Shown piece by piece: positions 50,775 to 60,872 of a DNA stretch of 64,000 nt. The position numbers and the translations under genes are program-made. The notes beneath the pieces are model-generated. The model was given only the letters and a program-made list of their open reading frames with translations, was not told where the DNA came from and did not search any database. The DNA is from an uncultured Gemmatimonadales bacterium. Lineage in GTDB: Bacteria; Gemmatimonadota; Gemmatimonadetes; Longimicrobiales; RSA9. The number at the start of each line of letters is the position of its first letter. The first letter of the stretch is position 1. The stretch covers positions 448,001-512,000 of the forward strand of contig CAWCRS010000008.1 of NCBI GenBank assembly GCA_963798085.1, given 5' to 3'.

Positions 50775-52883
50775 ACGCCAGGCTGGGGGGCATGGAAGCC
50801 CCTGCCGCCTCGAGCCGACGCACAGGCATGATGCCATGGCGGGGGTTGCGTGCGGCGCTGGGCGCAGTGCTGGCGCTGCTCGCGGTGCTCCCTCTCCATT
50901 CTCTGCTGCAGCGGCCCGAAACCGGACTGGCCGGCGCCGCGACCGCAGCCATGACACAGGCGTACACCTCGTTCGTCTGGGCCGGCTTCCTGTTCCTGCT
51001 GATTCCCGCATTCCTGGCTTGCAGGCTGTTAGAGCCGGCCGCGATGGAGCGCGCAGCCGGGCGCGCGGGCCGGTTGCTGACCGCATTGCCGGCTGGTGCG
51101 TTCGCGACACTGGCCGCGCTCATCGCCTTCGCCGCCGCGGCCGGCTTCGGCGCCCTTGTGCTGCACGGGCAGCCCAACCTGATCGATGCCATGGCGCAGC
51201 TGCTGCAGGCCCGGTACCTGGCGGCCGGGCACTGGTCCGGTCCGGGGCCGGCGCTGGGCGCGTTCTGGCAGACGCAGCAGAGCCTGTTCACACCGCACGG
51301 CTGGGTGTCGCAGTACCCGCCCGGGCACATCGTGCTGCTCACGCTGGGGCTGCGGCTGCACGCGGTGTGGGCGGTGGGCCCGTTCATGCTGGCGCTGACC
51401 GTGCTGTTCGCAACGCTCGCGGCCGGACGCCTGCTGCCGGAGCGCCCCGCGGTGGCTCGCCTGGGCGGATTGCTGGTGGCGGTCTCGCCGTTCCTGATCG
51501 CGCACGCCGGTGCCTACATGAACCACACCACGGCGGCGGCCTTCGGCGCGTTCGCAGTATGGAGCGCATTGCGCGCGGCGCGCGGCAAATGGCTGTGGGC
51601 CGTGGCGGCCGGCGCCGGTGTGGGCGCGCAGTTCGCTACCCGGCCGCTCTCGGGCGTGACGCTGGGCATCACCCTGGCCGTGTGGCTGGGGCTGTCCCAT
51701 CATGATGCAGGCGACGACACTGCGTCCGCCTCCTCTTCTAACTCCGTGTCAGTACTCGCCGGGCTGGCGCTGGGCGCACTGCCGCTGCTGCTGGCCGTGG
51801 CGTTCTACAACCTGCACTTCTTCGGCTCGCCCACGCGCTTCGGCTACGACGCGGCGCTGGGGCCGGCCGGCGGGCTGGGCTTCGGCACAGACCCGTGGGG
51901 CAACACGTACGGGCCGGCCCAGGCGCTGGCCTACACATCAGCCGAGCTGAGCACGCTCGGGCTCTTCCTGCTCGAGACGCCCCTGCCGCTCGTGGCCGTG
52001 ATCGGCCTGTTCCTGATGTTCGCGCCGCGGCTCTCGCGCAATGAGCGCCTGCTCGTTGCGTGGGCGACACTGCCGGTGGCGGCGCAGCTGCTCTACTGGC
52101 ATCACGGCCTCTTCATGGGACCGCGCATGCTGAACGAAGTGGCGCCCGCGTGGTGTCTGCTGGCGGCGCTGGCGGGTGTGACGCTCGTCGAACGGCTGCC
52201 CGAGCGCATGGCGGCGGCCACGCAGTACTCGCCGCGCGTGCTGGGCGCGAGTCTGCTGGGCGGCGCCCTGGTCGCCGGCGTGGCCGCGCTCTCGCCGTTG
52301 CGACTGGTCAGCTACGCGCAGCACCCGGCCGCGCTCGACGCGGTCAGAGGGGCATTGTCGCCGGCACTGGTGTTCGTGCATGGCGGCTGGACCTCCCGCC
52401 TGTCCATGCGCCTCGCGGCCGCGGGCATGCGCCTCGATTCCGTGGAGAGCGCACTGCGCCAGAACCCGACGTGCGCGGTGCAGCAGTACGCCGACGCGCG
52501 CGAGCAGGGCGGCGCGCTGCCTGCCCTCGATTTCGTGCCGCGCGCGTTCCCCCTGCCGCAGTCGGTCGAGATTTCACCCGGCAACCGCATACGCATTGGC
52601 AAGGGCGAATCGCTGAGCGGCGAGTGTGCGCGCGAAGCGACCGCCGACCGCCAGGGTACCATTCGACGTGTCGCCGCTGCTCTGGCGCGGCGACCTGGCC
52701 GGGCTGGACGGGAATAACATCATGTTTGTGCGCGATCTCGGGCCCGCGGCCAACGCCCGCATGCTGGCCGCTGTGCCGCAGCGCCGGCCGTGGCTGCTGG
52801 TGCCGGCCTCGCCCGACGCCCCGCCTGCGCTGCTGCCCTACGCGCAGAGCATGAGCACGCTCTGGGGCCCGGCGGGGGAATAG
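50771..52883 (+). CDS. Multi-pass GT-C-fold glycosyltransferase-like protein; 1-bp frameshift at about 52662
   Basis: [37 protein letters not shown]; many TM helices; C-terminal [22 protein letters not shown] lies in another frame and is rejoined by deleting one T. Confidence 0.7.
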
Positions 52884-52884
52884 C

Positions 52885-54576
52885 ATGGCGACCATGGAAC
52901 CGCTCATCGAGCCGGCAGCACACTCGCCTCCTGCAGCGCGCAGTCGGGCGCCCAGCATGCGTCAGGCCCTGGCGGGTGCGCTCGCGCTGGCGCTGATCTG
53001 CACTGGTGTGACCGCCATGGCCAGCCGGCGCAATTCGACGACGTTCGATGAGATCGTGCTGATGGCGGGCGGTGCGCGTGGCTGGGTGACCGGCGAATGG
53101 AACATCGCGCCCGAGCATCCGCCACTCATGCAGTACCTGTACGGGCTGCCCATTCACCTGACGCACCCGCAGCTGCCGGACGTCAAGGCCACACCCGACA
53201 GCAGCACCGTGCGCGACTTCAGCTTCCGCTATGTGTACTCGCGCGCCTTCTTCTGGGCCAGCGGCAACGATCCCGAGAAGCTGGCGTTCCTGGGTCGCAT
53301 GATGGGTGCGATCATGGCCGGTCTGCTGGTGCTGGCCGTTTTCGGTCTGGCGCAGCGCTTCGGTCCGCTGACAGCGCTGTCAGCAGCGGCGCTCACCGCG
53401 TTCCTGCCTGACGTGCTGGCACACGGCGGTGTGGCGTATAACGACCTGCCGCTGGCGCTGGGCTATGTGCTGGGCGTCTGGGCGCTGGATGCGGCCGTGC
53501 GCCGGCCCTCGCCGTTGCGCGGCGCCGTGGCCGGGCTCGCCCTGGCATTCGCGCTCGCGGTCAAGTTCAGCGCCGTGCTGCTGGCGCCGGTCGCGCTGCT
53601 GCTCATCGTGCTGGGCGCTGTCGCGCAGCCGCGAGCGGAGCACTGGTGGCGCGACCTGTCGCTGGCGGCGCTCGCGGCGCTGGCTGCCATGTACCTGGCG
53701 CTGGTGCTCGTCTATCGCGGCGATTTCACGCTGGCCGAGATGATGTACGGGCTGCGCTACACCTTCGGGCACGTCGAGCGCGGCCACGGCGCGCCGTCCT
53801 ACCTGCTGGGCAATCTCAGCGTGCGCGGCTGGTGGTACTTCTTCCCCGTGGCCTTCCTGCTGAAGACGCCCGCCGCGCTGCAGCTGCTGCTGCTCATGGC
53901 GCTGCTGGGCTTCGCGCGCACATGGCAGAAGACGAGCTGGCGCGCGCTCGCGGGCGCCGGGCTGCGTGCCCCGCTGATGGGCCTCGGCGTGTTCGCGTTC
54001 GTGCTGCTCACCTCGAATCTGGACATCGGATTCCGCTACGCGCTGCCGGCACTGCCGCTGCTCGCCATTGTCGTGGCGGCGGGCGTAACACGACTGTTTG
54101 CGGCCTCGGCGGCCAGCCCGCCGCTGCGCTACGGGCTGGCCGGACTGCTGCTCTGGTACGCCGGCTCGACGCTCTCGTACTATCCGGATTTCCTGGCGTA
54201 CACCAGCGAGTACGGACACAGTCGCCAGCGCGGCGATCTGCTGCTGCTGGACTCGAGCCTGGACTGGGGTCAGGGCCTGCTGGAACTGCGTGATTTCATG
54301 CGCGCGCGCCACATTGAGCGCGTGTACCTGAGCTATTTCGGCTCGGCCATGCCCGATGGCTACGGCATCCGCTACGTGGCGCTGCCCAGCTTCTACCCGC
54401 TGCCGCGCGGGCCGCGGCCGGTCGAGCTGCCGGAGTACGCCGTGATTTCGGCGACGAATCTGCACAGCGTGTATCTGCCCGGCGACCCGCTGAAGATGTT
54501 CCGCACACGCGAGCCGGATGCCGTGATCGCGCACAGCATGTTAGTGTACAGGGTCGGCAATGCGCCCGGAAACTGA
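52885..54576 (+). CDS. GT-C glycosyltransferase (ArnT/PMT_2-like, lipid-carrier dependent)
   Basis: STTFDE acidic loop, EHPPL, LAHG..ND, KFS, WWYFFPVAFLLKTP, DSSLDWGQGL. Confidence 0.8.
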   Translation: MATMEPLIEPAAHSPPAARSRAPSMRQALAGALALALICTGVTAMASRRNSTTFDEIVLMAGGARGWVTGEWNIAPEHPPLMQYLYGLPIHLTHPQLPDVKATPDSSTVRDFSFRYVYSRAFFWASGNDPEKLAFLGRMMGAIMAGLLVLAVFGLAQRFGPLTALSAAALTAFLPDVLAHGGVAYNDLPLALGYVLGVWALDAAVRRPSPLRGAVAGLALAFALAVKFSAVLLAPVALLLIVLGAVAQPRAEHWWRDLSLAALAALAAMYLALVLVYRGDFTLAEMMYGLRYTFGHVERGHGAPSYLLGNLSVRGWWYFFPVAFLLKTPAALQLLLLMALLGFARTWQKTSWRALAGAGLRAPLMGLGVFAFVLLTSNLDIGFRYALPALPLLAIVVAAGVTRLFAASAASPPLRYGLAGLLLWYAGSTLSYYPDFLAYTSEYGHSRQRGDLLLLDSSLDWGQGLLELRDFMRARHIERVYLSYFGSAMPDGYGIRYVALPSFYPLPRGPRPVELPEYAVISATNLHSVYLPGDPLKMFRTREPDAVIAHSMLVYRVGNAPGN

Positions 54577-55294
54577 CTCGCCACCGCGTGCGCCGGAAGC
54601 CGCAGCACCGGGCTCGCCGGGCGATGATTTCGTCGCCTGGAACGAGACCATGGTGGAGCGCTACGACATCGAGCGCTACTATCAGACGGCGCATCCCATC
54701 GTGCGCTGGCTCGAGCAGCGGCGGCTGGCGGCGCTGCGCGCGCTGGCGGCGGCGCAGCCGGGCGAGCGCCTGCTGGAAGTGGGCTGCGGCGCGGGTCACG
54801 TGCTGGAGCAGTTCGCGGGCACGCGGCGCACCGGCATCGATCTCTCCGCGGGCATGATGCAGCGGGCGCGCCGTCGCCTGCAGCACGATGTCAGCCTGGC
54901 GCGCGCGGCGGCGGATCGGCTGCCGTTTGCCGATGGCGCATTCGACATTGTCGTGTGTACGGAAGTGCTGGAGCACGTGCCGGACCCCGGCGTCGTGATC
55001 GGCGAGCTGGTGCGTGTGGCGGGAACCGGCGGGCGCGTCGTCGTCTCCATTCCCAACGAGCGCAACATCGACCGCATCAAACGTGCGGTTCGCGCCATTC
55101 CGGTGGTACGCACGCTGCTGCGTACACTGGCTGCCGAAGGCAACGAATGGCACCTGCACCGCTTCGACCTGGCGCTGCTGCGGCGCATCGTGCTGGGCCG
55201 GGCCACAGTAGAGCGGGTGCGCGCCATTCCCGGGCGAGGACTGCCCCTGCGTTACGCGGCGCTGCTGCGCAGCGCACCGCAAAGGAGGAGTTAG
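54560..55294 (+). CDS. Class I SAM-dependent methyltransferase
   Basis: LLEVGCGAG, GIDLS, LPFADGAFDIVVCTEVLEHV. Confidence 0.9.
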   Translation: MRPETDSPPRAPEAAAPGSPGDDFVAWNETMVERYDIERYYQTAHPIVRWLEQRRLAALRALAAAQPGERLLEVGCGAGHVLEQFAGTRRTGIDLSAGMMQRARRRLQHDVSLARAAADRLPFADGAFDIVVCTEVLEHVPDPGVVIGELVRVAGTGGRVVVSIPNERNIDRIKRAVRAIPVVRTLLRTLAAEGNEWHLHRFDLALLRRIVLGRATVERVRAIPGRGLPLRYAALLRSAPQRRS

Positions 55295-55295
55295 C

Positions 55296-56285
55296 ATGAC
55301 ACCTCCCACTACACTGCGCGTGCAGCCGGGCACGGAAGGCTCGGCCACGCGCCCCCGCATCTCCGTGGTGGTGCCCGTCTACAACGAGGCACTCAACGTG
55401 GCTGAGCTGTACCAGCGGCTCGACGCCGTGCTCACCGAGCCGGCCGAATTCATTTTCGTGGATGATGGCAGCACGGATGAAACGTACGAGCGCCTGGTCG
55501 AGCTGGCCGCCGGCGACGCCCGTCTGCGCATCATTCGTTTCCGCCGCAATTTCGGACAGACGGCCGCGCTCTCCGCCGGCATCGACCACGCGCGTGGCGA
55601 GATCATCGTGCCCATGGATGGCGACCTGCAGAACGATCCGCGCGACATTCCTCGCCTGATCGAGAAGCTGGATGAGGGCTACGACGTGGTCAGCGGCTGG
55701 CGCGTGAAACGGCAGGACGCGTTCCGCCGGCGCCTGCCTTCGCAGATCGCCAACCGCATGATCTCCTGGATCTCGGGGGTTCGCCTGCACGACTACGGCT
55801 GCTCGCTCAAGGCGTACCGCCACAGCGTGCTGGAAGATGTGCGGCTCTATGGCGAGATGCACCGCTTCGTGCCCATCTACGCCAGCTGGCAGGGTGCGCG
55901 GGTCACCGAGATGGCGGTGGATCATCACCCGCGCACGCGGGGCAAGTCCAACTACGGCATCGAGCGCACCGTGAAAGTCGTGCTCGATCTCATTGTCGTG
56001 AAATTCCTGTCGTCGTATGCGACGAAGCCGATCTACGTCTTCGGTGGTTTTGGCGTGCTTTCCTTCCTGCTCTCGCTCATGGCCTTCGCGCTCATGGTCT
56101 ACTTCAAGTACTGGGGCGGGAAGACCTTCATCCAGACGCCGCTGCCCCTGGTGGTCGTGATGTTCTTCCTGGTGGGCTGCCTGAGCGTGCTGCTGGGCCT
56201 GGTCGCGGAGCTGTCCGTGCGCACGTACTACGAATCGCAGGGCAAGCGCACGTACGCCATCCGCTCCATCGAGGGCGGCTCATGA
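55296..56285 (+). CDS. GT2 glycosyltransferase (ArnC/GtrB-like with two C-terminal TM helices)
   Basis: ISVVVPVYNE, VDDGSTD, RNFGQTAAL, MDGDLQNDP, LYGEMHRFVP. Confidence 0.93.
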   Translation: MTPPTTLRVQPGTEGSATRPRISVVVPVYNEALNVAELYQRLDAVLTEPAEFIFVDDGSTDETYERLVELAAGDARLRIIRFRRNFGQTAALSAGIDHARGEIIVPMDGDLQNDPRDIPRLIEKLDEGYDVVSGWRVKRQDAFRRRLPSQIANRMISWISGVRLHDYGCSLKAYRHSVLEDVRLYGEMHRFVPIYASWQGARVTEMAVDHHPRTRGKSNYGIERTVKVVLDLIVVKFLSSYATKPIYVFGGFGVLSFLLSLMAFALMVYFKYWGGKTFIQTPLPLVVVMFFLVGCLSVLLGLVAELSVRTYYESQGKRTYAIRSIEGGS

Positions 56286-57295
56286 GGGAGCGTCTCGTTC
56301 CCTACCTGATGTGCCCCGCATGCGAGGGCGATCTCGATCTGCGCGCCCGCCGTCGCGACGGCGAGCATGTCATGGAAGGCTCGCTGGCCTGCGCTGCGTG
56401 CGGCCAGGAATGGCCCGTGCGCGGCGGTATTCCCCGGCTTGCTGCCGCCGTGGCCGCACTGGAAGAGCGCACGGCCGACGCCTTCGGCTACGAATGGCTG
56501 CGCTACAACGAGCTGGCACAGCGGTATCGCCAGCAGTTCCTGGACTGGATCCGACCGGTGGACGCCTCGTTCTTTGCGGGCCGCACCGTGCTCGAGGGCG
56601 GCTGCGGCAAGGGCCGTCATACGGCGTTAGCGGCGGAGTTCGGCGCGCGCGATGTCGTGGCCATCGACCTGGGCGTGGCGGTGGAGAGCGCATTCGCCAA
56701 CACACGTCATCTGCCCAATGCACACATCGTGCAGGCCGATCTCAAACGTCCACCCGTGAAGCGCGTATTCGACTACGCGTTTTCGATCGGCGTGCTGCAC
56801 CATCTGCCCGAGCCGGAGGCGGGATTCCGCGCGCTGGTGTCGCGGCTGCGGCCGGGCGGCTCCATCTCGGCGTGGGTATACGGCCGTGAAGGCAACGGCT
56901 GGATCGTGCACATGGTCTCGCCCATCCGCGAGCGCGTCACCTCGCACATGCCGCACGCACCGCTCGACGTGCTGTCCGCGCTGCTCACCGTGCCGCTGTT
57001 TCTGGCGACGAAGCTCGTCTACGGTCCGTTCCGCGGGAAGCTGCTCGGGATGAAGCTGCCGTACGGCGAGTATCTCGCGTACATCGCGGCGTTTCCCTGG
57101 CGCGAGCAGCGCTCCATCGTGTTCGATCACCTGGTCGCGCCCGTCGCGTACTACATACGGCGCGAGGAGTTCGCGCAGTGGTTCGCGCGTGCCGGCCTGG
57201 AGAACCCGCGCATCGAGCATCACAACAGCAACAGCTGGCGCGGCTTCGCGCAGGTGCCGGCCGCGCGCCAGGCGCCCGTCAGCGCCGCGACGTAG
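56282..57295 (+). CDS. SAM methyltransferase with N-terminal Trm112-like zinc ribbon
   Basis: LMCPAC..GSLACAACG..WPVRGGIPRL, then AFGYEW, VLEGGCGKGR, SIGVLHHLP. Confidence 0.87.
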   Translation: MRERLVPYLMCPACEGDLDLRARRRDGEHVMEGSLACAACGQEWPVRGGIPRLAAAVAALEERTADAFGYEWLRYNELAQRYRQQFLDWIRPVDASFFAGRTVLEGGCGKGRHTALAAEFGARDVVAIDLGVAVESAFANTRHLPNAHIVQADLKRPPVKRVFDYAFSIGVLHHLPEPEAGFRALVSRLRPGGSISAWVYGREGNGWIVHMVSPIRERVTSHMPHAPLDVLSALLTVPLFLATKLVYGPFRGKLLGMKLPYGEYLAYIAAFPWREQRSIVFDHLVAPVAYYIRREEFAQWFARAGLENPRIEHHNSNSWRGFAQVPAARQAPVSAAT

Positions 57296-57303
57296 CCAGC
57301 CCC

Positions 57304-59232
57304 ATGTGCGGCATTGCAGGCTACGCGGCGCTCGACCCTCGCCGGCCACTGGATCCCGGGCCGGTGCGCGCCATGCTGCGCTGTCTCGCGCACCGCGGCC
57401 CCGACGATGAAGGCGTGCACTGCGCGCCGGGCATCGTACTGGGACATCGTCGGCTGTCCGTCATCGACCTGAGCGGCGGCCACCAGCCGCTCTTCGGCGT
57501 CACCGAGCAGACCGCGATCATCGCCAACGGCGAGATCTACAACTACCGCGAGCTGCGGCTCGATCTGGAGCGGCGAGGCCACCGTTTCCGCACCGCATCG
57601 GACACGGAAGTCGCGGCGCACGCCTACGACGCGTGGGGCCTCGACTTCCTCGAGCGGCTGGACGGCATGTTCGCGCTGGCCCTCTGGGATGGCGCGCGCC
57701 GCCGGCTGGTGCTGGCGCGCGATCGTCTGGGCGAGAAGCCGCTCTTCTGGACCCTGACAGACGGTTTGCTGCTGTTCGGTTCCGAGCTGACCGCGCTCAC
57801 GGCGCACCCGGCCGTGTCGCAGGAAATCGCGCCGGCGTCGCTCTCCGCGTACCTGGCGCTCGAGTACGTACCGGCGCCCGACACCATCCTGAAGGGCGTG
57901 TGCAAGCTGGAGCCGGGCGCCATGCTGGTGCTGGAGAACGGGCGCGCGCAGCAGAAAGCGTACTGGCGCCTGGACCCGCGTGTGCGACAGCCCGTGCCGC
58001 CGTACGCCGAGGCCGTGCGCACGCTGCGCCGGCATCTGGAGCACGCGGTGGAGTCGCGGCTGGTCAGCGATGTGCCGCTGGGCATCTTCCTCTCGGGTGG
58101 CATCGATTCCAGCACGGTGGCGGCGCTGGCGGCAAGGGCGGGCGCACTGGAGACGTTCTCGATCGGCTTCGAGGAAGCCAGCTTCGACGAGAGTCGCTGG
58201 GCAAGGGAAGTGGCGCAGCGCATCGGCAGCCGGCACCACGAGCGCGTGGTGCGCGGCAGCGAGATGGCGGAGCTGGTGCCCGGCCTGGGGCGCATGCTGG
58301 ACGAGCCGCTGGGCGACGCTTCCATTCTGCCTACCTCGGTGTTAGCGCGCTTCGCACGCGAGCACGTGACCGTGGCCCTGGGCGGCGATGCCGGCGATGA
58401 GCTGTTCGCGGGCTATCCCATGCACCAGGCGCAGCGCGTGGCCCGCTGGGCGAGGCTGCTGCCGTCGCCGCTGCACCGCGCCGCGGACGCAGTGGCCGCT
58501 CGCCTGCCCGTCTCGCATGGCAACTTCTCGACCGTTTTCCGGCTGCGCTCGTTCCTGCGTGGCTCGGCGGCGAGCCCGCCGTTCAATCACGCGCTCTGGA
58601 TGTCCTCGTTCTCCCCCGCGGAGCAGGACGCGCTGCTCGAGCCGGAGGTGCGCGCCGCAGCGGATCCGGAGGGCGCGGCACTGCTCGCCTTCCGGCGCGC
58701 GTGGCAGGCCTCGGCCGGCGCGCCCCTGCTCGCGCGTGCGGGACATCTCGATGCCATGACCTATCTGGCGAACGACATCCTGATGAAGGTCGACCGCGCC
58801 AGCATGGCGGTGGCGCTCGAGGTGCGCGCGCCGTTCCTGGCGACGGATGTCGTGGAATTCGCATTCTCGCTGCCCGATGCGTATCGCATGCGCGGGCTCA
58901 CGGGCAAACGCATCCTGCGTGATGCGGTGCGCGATCTGCTGCCGGAAAGCGTGCTGGCGCGGCCCAAGAAAGGCTTCGGCATGCCGGTCGCCGCCTGGCT
59001 CAACGGCCCGTTGCGCTCGCTCGCCGGCGATATGCTGGCGCCGGCAAGGCTGCGCAGCGCCGGCTGGTTCCGTGCCGACGTCGTCAGTGGCATGCTGCGC
59101 GATCACGCGGCGGGCCGGGCCGATCTGCGCAAGCCGCTCTGGACGCTGCTCATCTTCGAGCTGTGGCGCGAGCAGCACCTGGGCGCCCGCTCCGCCTCGC
59201 CGGAAGCGCTGCCGCTTTCCGTTTCCGCATGA
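57304..59232 (+). CDS. asnB: Asparagine synthase (glutamine-hydrolysing) family amidotransferase
   Basis: MCGIAG Ntn Cys, HRGPD, RLSVID, NGEIYN, LSGGIDS, GDELFAGY, KVDRASM..LEVRAPFL, RPKKGF. Confidence 0.93.
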   Translation: MCGIAGYAALDPRRPLDPGPVRAMLRCLAHRGPDDEGVHCAPGIVLGHRRLSVIDLSGGHQPLFGVTEQTAIIANGEIYNYRELRLDLERRGHRFRTASDTEVAAHAYDAWGLDFLERLDGMFALALWDGARRRLVLARDRLGEKPLFWTLTDGLLLFGSELTALTAHPAVSQEIAPASLSAYLALEYVPAPDTILKGVCKLEPGAMLVLENGRAQQKAYWRLDPRVRQPVPPYAEAVRTLRRHLEHAVESRLVSDVPLGIFLSGGIDSSTVAALAARAGALETFSIGFEEASFDESRWAREVAQRIGSRHHERVVRGSEMAELVPGLGRMLDEPLGDASILPTSVLARFAREHVTVALGGDAGDELFAGYPMHQAQRVARWARLLPSPLHRAADAVAARLPVSHGNFSTVFRLRSFLRGSAASPPFNHALWMSSFSPAEQDALLEPEVRAAADPEGAALLAFRRAWQASAGAPLLARAGHLDAMTYLANDILMKVDRASMAVALEVRAPFLATDVVEFAFSLPDAYRMRGLTGKRILRDAVRDLLPESVLARPKKGFGMPVAAWLNGPLRSLAGDMLAPARLRSAGWFRADVVSGMLRDHAAGRADLRKPLWTLLIFELWREQHLGARSASPEALPLSVSA

Positions 59233-60872
59233 AACCGCAGCCCGAGGTGCGCACGTCCGTCGGTGCCCTGGCTGTCGTCATGATGGCCATCGTGCTGTAC
59301 GCCATCGCGCTGCGTAACGGCTTCGCCTACGACGACGTGCCCATCATTCTGGGCAATGCGCGGATTCAGTCCTTCAGCCAGTGGCCTGCCATCTTCACGG
59401 GCGGCTACTGGAGAGACGCCGACCTGGCGCTCTGGCGTCCGCTGACGACGCTGAGCTTCGCGCTGGACTGGTCCATCGCCGGGAATTCGGCGGCCTGGTT
59501 TCACTTCACGAATGTGTTGCTGCACGCGGGCGCCAGCCTGTTCGCGTTCCTGCTGCTGACGCGGTTCTTCTCGCCGGCGGCCGCGCTCGCGGGCGGACTG
59601 CTCTTCGCCGCGCACCCTGTGCACGTGGAAGCCGTGGCCAATGTCGTGGGTCGCGCCGAGCTGCTCTCGGGCGCATTCTTCCTGGCCTGCTGCCTGGCAT
59701 GGACGGCGCCGTCGGGCGAGCCTGGGCCGCGCTCGCGCGCGCAGGTGCTGCTCATAACAGCGCTGTTCGCGCTGGCGCTGCTCTCCAAGGAGGGCGCCAT
59801 CACGCTGCCCGCGGCGCTGCTGCTGATCGACGCGGCGCGGGGCGAGCTGCGGCTGCGCAGCGCCGGTGCATGGCTGCGGCGCAATGCGCTGGCGCTGGGC
59901 GCCATCGCCGTTGCCACGGTGCTGTACCTGGTGGCCCGGTATGCCGTGCTCGGCGCATTCACGCCGACCCGCGTGGATCCGTTGCTCGAAGTGGCGGCAT
60001 CACCGGGCACGCGCGTGCTCACCGCGCTGCAGACCTGGCCCGTGTACCTGCGTCTTCTGTTCTTCCCCATGACACTGCTCGCGGATTACGGACCGCGTAT
60101 TCTCGAGCCGGCCAGCCGTCTCACGACAGGCGGCGCGGTGGGGCTGGTGCTGCTCGCAGGCTGTGTGCTGGGCGGCGTGGCCGCACTCGCGCGCGGCGCC
60201 GGACGGACGGGTCTGGGACTGCTCTGGTTCCCGCTGACCATACTGCCCGTTTCCAATCTGCTCGTGCCCATTGGCGTGCTGGTCGCGGAGCGCACGTTGT
60301 ACGTGCCTTGCCTGGCAGCGGCCATTGCCGTTGCGGGGGCGGTGGAAGTGCTGTCGCTGGTGTCGCCCGCAGCGCGACCCGCCGTGCGTGCCGCGCTGAC
60401 GGCGGTGTTAGCGGCCTGCGCGCTGCGCGTGGTGACGCGCGTGCCGGAGTGGAAGTCGACGAACAGCATCCTGGTGGCGCTGGTGCGCGACCGACCGGAC
60501 GCGTTCCGCGGGCACTGGCACCTGGCACGAATGGCGAGGGACGCCGACGACGTGGCCGGGGCCGTGGCGCAGTACGACACGGCGGTCGCGCTCTGGCCGC
60601 ACCGCGAACGGCTGGTCATGGAAGCCGCCACGTACGCGGTGGACAAGGGCCGGCCTCGCCGGGCGTTGGTGCTGGCGGCGCTGGCCGCACGGCAGTGGCC
60701 CGCGGACGTCAACGCGCAGCGCCTGCTGGCCGCCGTCGCGCTGGATGCGGCGGACACGGCCACGGCATTGCATGCGCTGCACGATGGCCTCGCCGCGTCA
60801 CCGCAGGACGCGACGCTGCTGCAAATGCGGGCGGCGCTCGACTCCGCCCAACACAGGATTACGCACCAGTGA
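59229..60872 (+). CDS. TMTC-like (DUF1736-type) GT-C glycosyltransferase with TPR-like tail, copy 1
   Basis: NGFAYDD, WRPLTTLSF, FHFTNVLLH, FAAHPVHVEAVANVVGRAELL, SKE, YLRLLFFPMTLLADY, AERTLYVP. Confidence 0.85.
   Translation: MKPQPEVRTSVGALAVVMMAIVLYAIALRNGFAYDDVPIILGNARIQSFSQWPAIFTGGYWRDADLALWRPLTTLSFALDWSIAGNSAAWFHFTNVLLHAGASLFAFLLLTRFFSPAAALAGGLLFAAHPVHVEAVANVVGRAELLSGAFFLACCLAWTAPSGEPGPRSRAQVLLITALFALALLSKEGAITLPAALLLIDAARGELRLRSAGAWLRRNALALGAIAVATVLYLVARYAVLGAFTPTRVDPLLEVAASPGTRVLTALQTWPVYLRLLFFPMTLLADYGPRILEPASRLTTGGAVGLVLLAGCVLGGVAALARGAGRTGLGLLWFPLTILPVSNLLVPIGVLVAERTLYVPCLAAAIAVAGAVEVLSLVSPAARPAVRAALTAVLAACALRVVTRVPEWKSTNSILVALVRDRPDAFRGHWHLARMARDADDVAGAVAQYDTAVALWPHRERLVMEAATYAVDKGRPRRALVLAALAARQWPADVNAQRLLAAVALDAADTATALHALHDGLAASPQDATLLQMRAALDSAQHRITHQ

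Noticed and set aside
57304..59232. AsnB as a lasso peptide cyclase
   Set aside because: The glutaminase domain with its N-terminal Cys is intact, no B1/B2 proteins or precursor peptide are visible, and the context is glycosylation.
59381..60868. 1155-aa ORF suggesting one giant TMTC fusion
   Set aside because: The first ~500 codons are an off-frame shadow of TMTC copy 1; family motifs start only after the GTG at 60869, which overlaps the copy 1 stop.
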